Assembly (NCBI RefSeq): GCF_902713615.1
Contig: NC_052150.1
Span: 222,673,063-222,737,062, forward strand
Length of the DNA stretch: 64,000 bases
Direction: 5' to 3'
Origin: Scyliorhinus canicula
Taxonomy: Eukaryota
Position numbers and translations under genes: made by a program. Below the pieces are notes generated by a model that saw only the letters and a program-made list of their open reading frames with translations, made no database searches and was not told the DNA's origin. This document shows positions 62,280 to 64,000 of the stretch, piece after piece. The stretch's first letter is position 1. Every line of letters starts with the position of its first letter.

Positions 62280-63730
62280 AATGTTTTATTCATTTACGGG
62301 ATGTGGCTGTCGCTGGTTAGAGCATGGAACATACAGTGCAGAAGGAGGCCATTCAGCCCATGGAGTCTGCACCGACTCACTTAAGCCCTCACTTCCACCC
62401 TATCCCCGTAACACAATAACCCCTTCTCACGTTTTTGGTAACTAAGGACAATTTATCATGGCCAGTCCACCTAACCTGCACGTCTTTGGACTGTGGGAGG
62501 AAACCGGAGCACCCGGAGGAAACCCACGCAGACACGGGGAGAACGTGCAGACTCCGCACAGACAGTCACCCAAGCCGGGAATCGAACCTGGGACCCTGGC
62601 GCTGTGAAGCCACACTTGTGCTACCGTGCTGCCCGTTAGGCCAGCACTTATTGCCCATCCCTAGTTGCCCTTCAGAAGGTGGTGGTGAGCTGCCTTCTTG
62701 CAGTCCTTCAGGCATAGGTACACCCACAGTGCTGTTGGGGAGGGAGGTCCAGGATGATGCCCCAGCGACAGTGAAGGAACGGCGATATCTTTCCCAGTCA
62801 GGATGGGGAGTGACTTGGAGGGGAACCTCCAGGTGGTGGGGTTCCCAGGTATCTGCTGCCCATGTCCTTCTAGATGGTAGTGGTTGTGGGTTTGGAAGGT
62901 GCTGCCTAAGGAACCTTGGTGAGTTCCTGCAGTGCATCTTGCAGATGGTACACACGGCTGCCACTGCTCGTCGGAGGTGGAGGGTTTGAATATTTGTGGA
63001 AGGGGAGCCAATCAAGCGGAGCTGCTTTGTCCTGGATGGCGTTGAGCTTCTTGAGTGTTGTTGGAGCTGCACTCATCCAGGCAAGTGGAGAGTATTCCAT
63101 CACACTCCTGACTTGTGCCTTGTAAATGGTTGACAGGCTTTGGAGGGGGGGGGGGGTGTCAGGAGGTGAGTTACTCGCCGTAGGATTCCTAGCCTTTGTC
63201 CTGCCCTGGTACCCACAGTATTAATATGGCCAGTCCAGATCAGTTTCTGATCAATGGTAATCCCCAGGATGTTGATTGTGGGGGATTCAGCGATGGGAAT
63301 GCCATTGAATATCAACGGGCGATAGTTGGACCCTCTCTTGTAGGAACTGGTCATTACCTGGTACTTGTGTGGTGTGAATGTAACTTGCCACTTGTCAGCC
63401 CCAAGCCTGGATATTGTCCAGGTCTTGCTGCATTGGGACATGGACGGCTTCATTATCTGAGGATTCGCAAATGGTGCTGAACATTGTGCAGCCATCCGCA
63501 AACATCCCCACTTCTGACCTTGTGATAGAAAACAGGTCATAGAGTCATAGAGGTTTACAGCATGAAAACAGGCCCTTCAGCCCAACTTGTCCATGCCACC
63601 CAGTTTTTACCACTGTCATTGATGAAGCAGCTGAAGATGGTTGGGCCTAGGACACGACCCTGAGGAATCCTGCAGTGATGTCCTGGAGCTGAGATGATTG
63701 ACCTCCAACCACCACAACCATCTTCCTTTG
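62280..63730 (-). mobile_element. CR1/L2-group LINE 3' portion with a nested HE1 SINE (62325-62635)
   Basis: MEYSPLAWMSAAPTTLKKL; ADKWQVTFTPHK; same family as 53160-54720. Confidence 0.85.
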
Positions 63731-63734
63731 TTTT

Positions 63735-64000
63735 TCATAAAATCCCTACAATGCAGAAGGAGGCCATTCGGCCCATCGAGTCTGCACCGACCCCTCAAAT
63801 GAGCACTCTATTCATATCCACTTCCCCCCCTATTCCCGTGCCCTAAACTGCACATCAAGGGACAGTCTATCATGGCCAATCCACCTAACCTGCACATCTT
63901 TGGACTGTGGGAGGAAACCGGAGCACCCGGAGGAAACCCACACCGACAAGGGGAGGACGTGCAAAGTCCGCACAGTCACCCGAGGTGGGAATCGAACCCC
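63735..64000 (-). mobile_element. HE1/V-SINE, cut by the window end
   Basis: V-domain and tail. Confidence 0.8.

Overview
Eukaryotic, repeat-rich vertebrate DNA, very likely a cartilaginous fish (shark-type HE1/V-SINEs, DeuSINE relics, CR1, L1/Tx1, Penelope). The window holds one complete multi-exon gene on the minus strand, EEF1D (translation elongation factor 1-delta), from a TOP-type/NRF1 promoter at ~51050 to a poly(A) signal at ~13105. I assembled its exons by hand from GT-AG sites and codon phase. The short isoform is 272 aa. A 1.07-kb intact cassette exon gives a 629-aa eEF1B-deltaL-type long isoform with an NLS and 4 extra W-x-x-K-x-x-(F/Y)-D-x-A-E repeats. Other notable items: a young intact SNRNP27 retrocopy in an EEF1D intron (58-nt poly(A), 16-bp TSD), candidate microexons and a cassette exon, several Penelope-associated minimal hammerhead ribozyme motifs, a MITE nested head-to-head inside a copy of itself, a 300-bp intronic inverted duplication, and three intronic minisatellites. 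Most ORFs in the supplied track are repeat-derived artefacts. Repeat boundaries are approximate; exon boundaries were read base by base.
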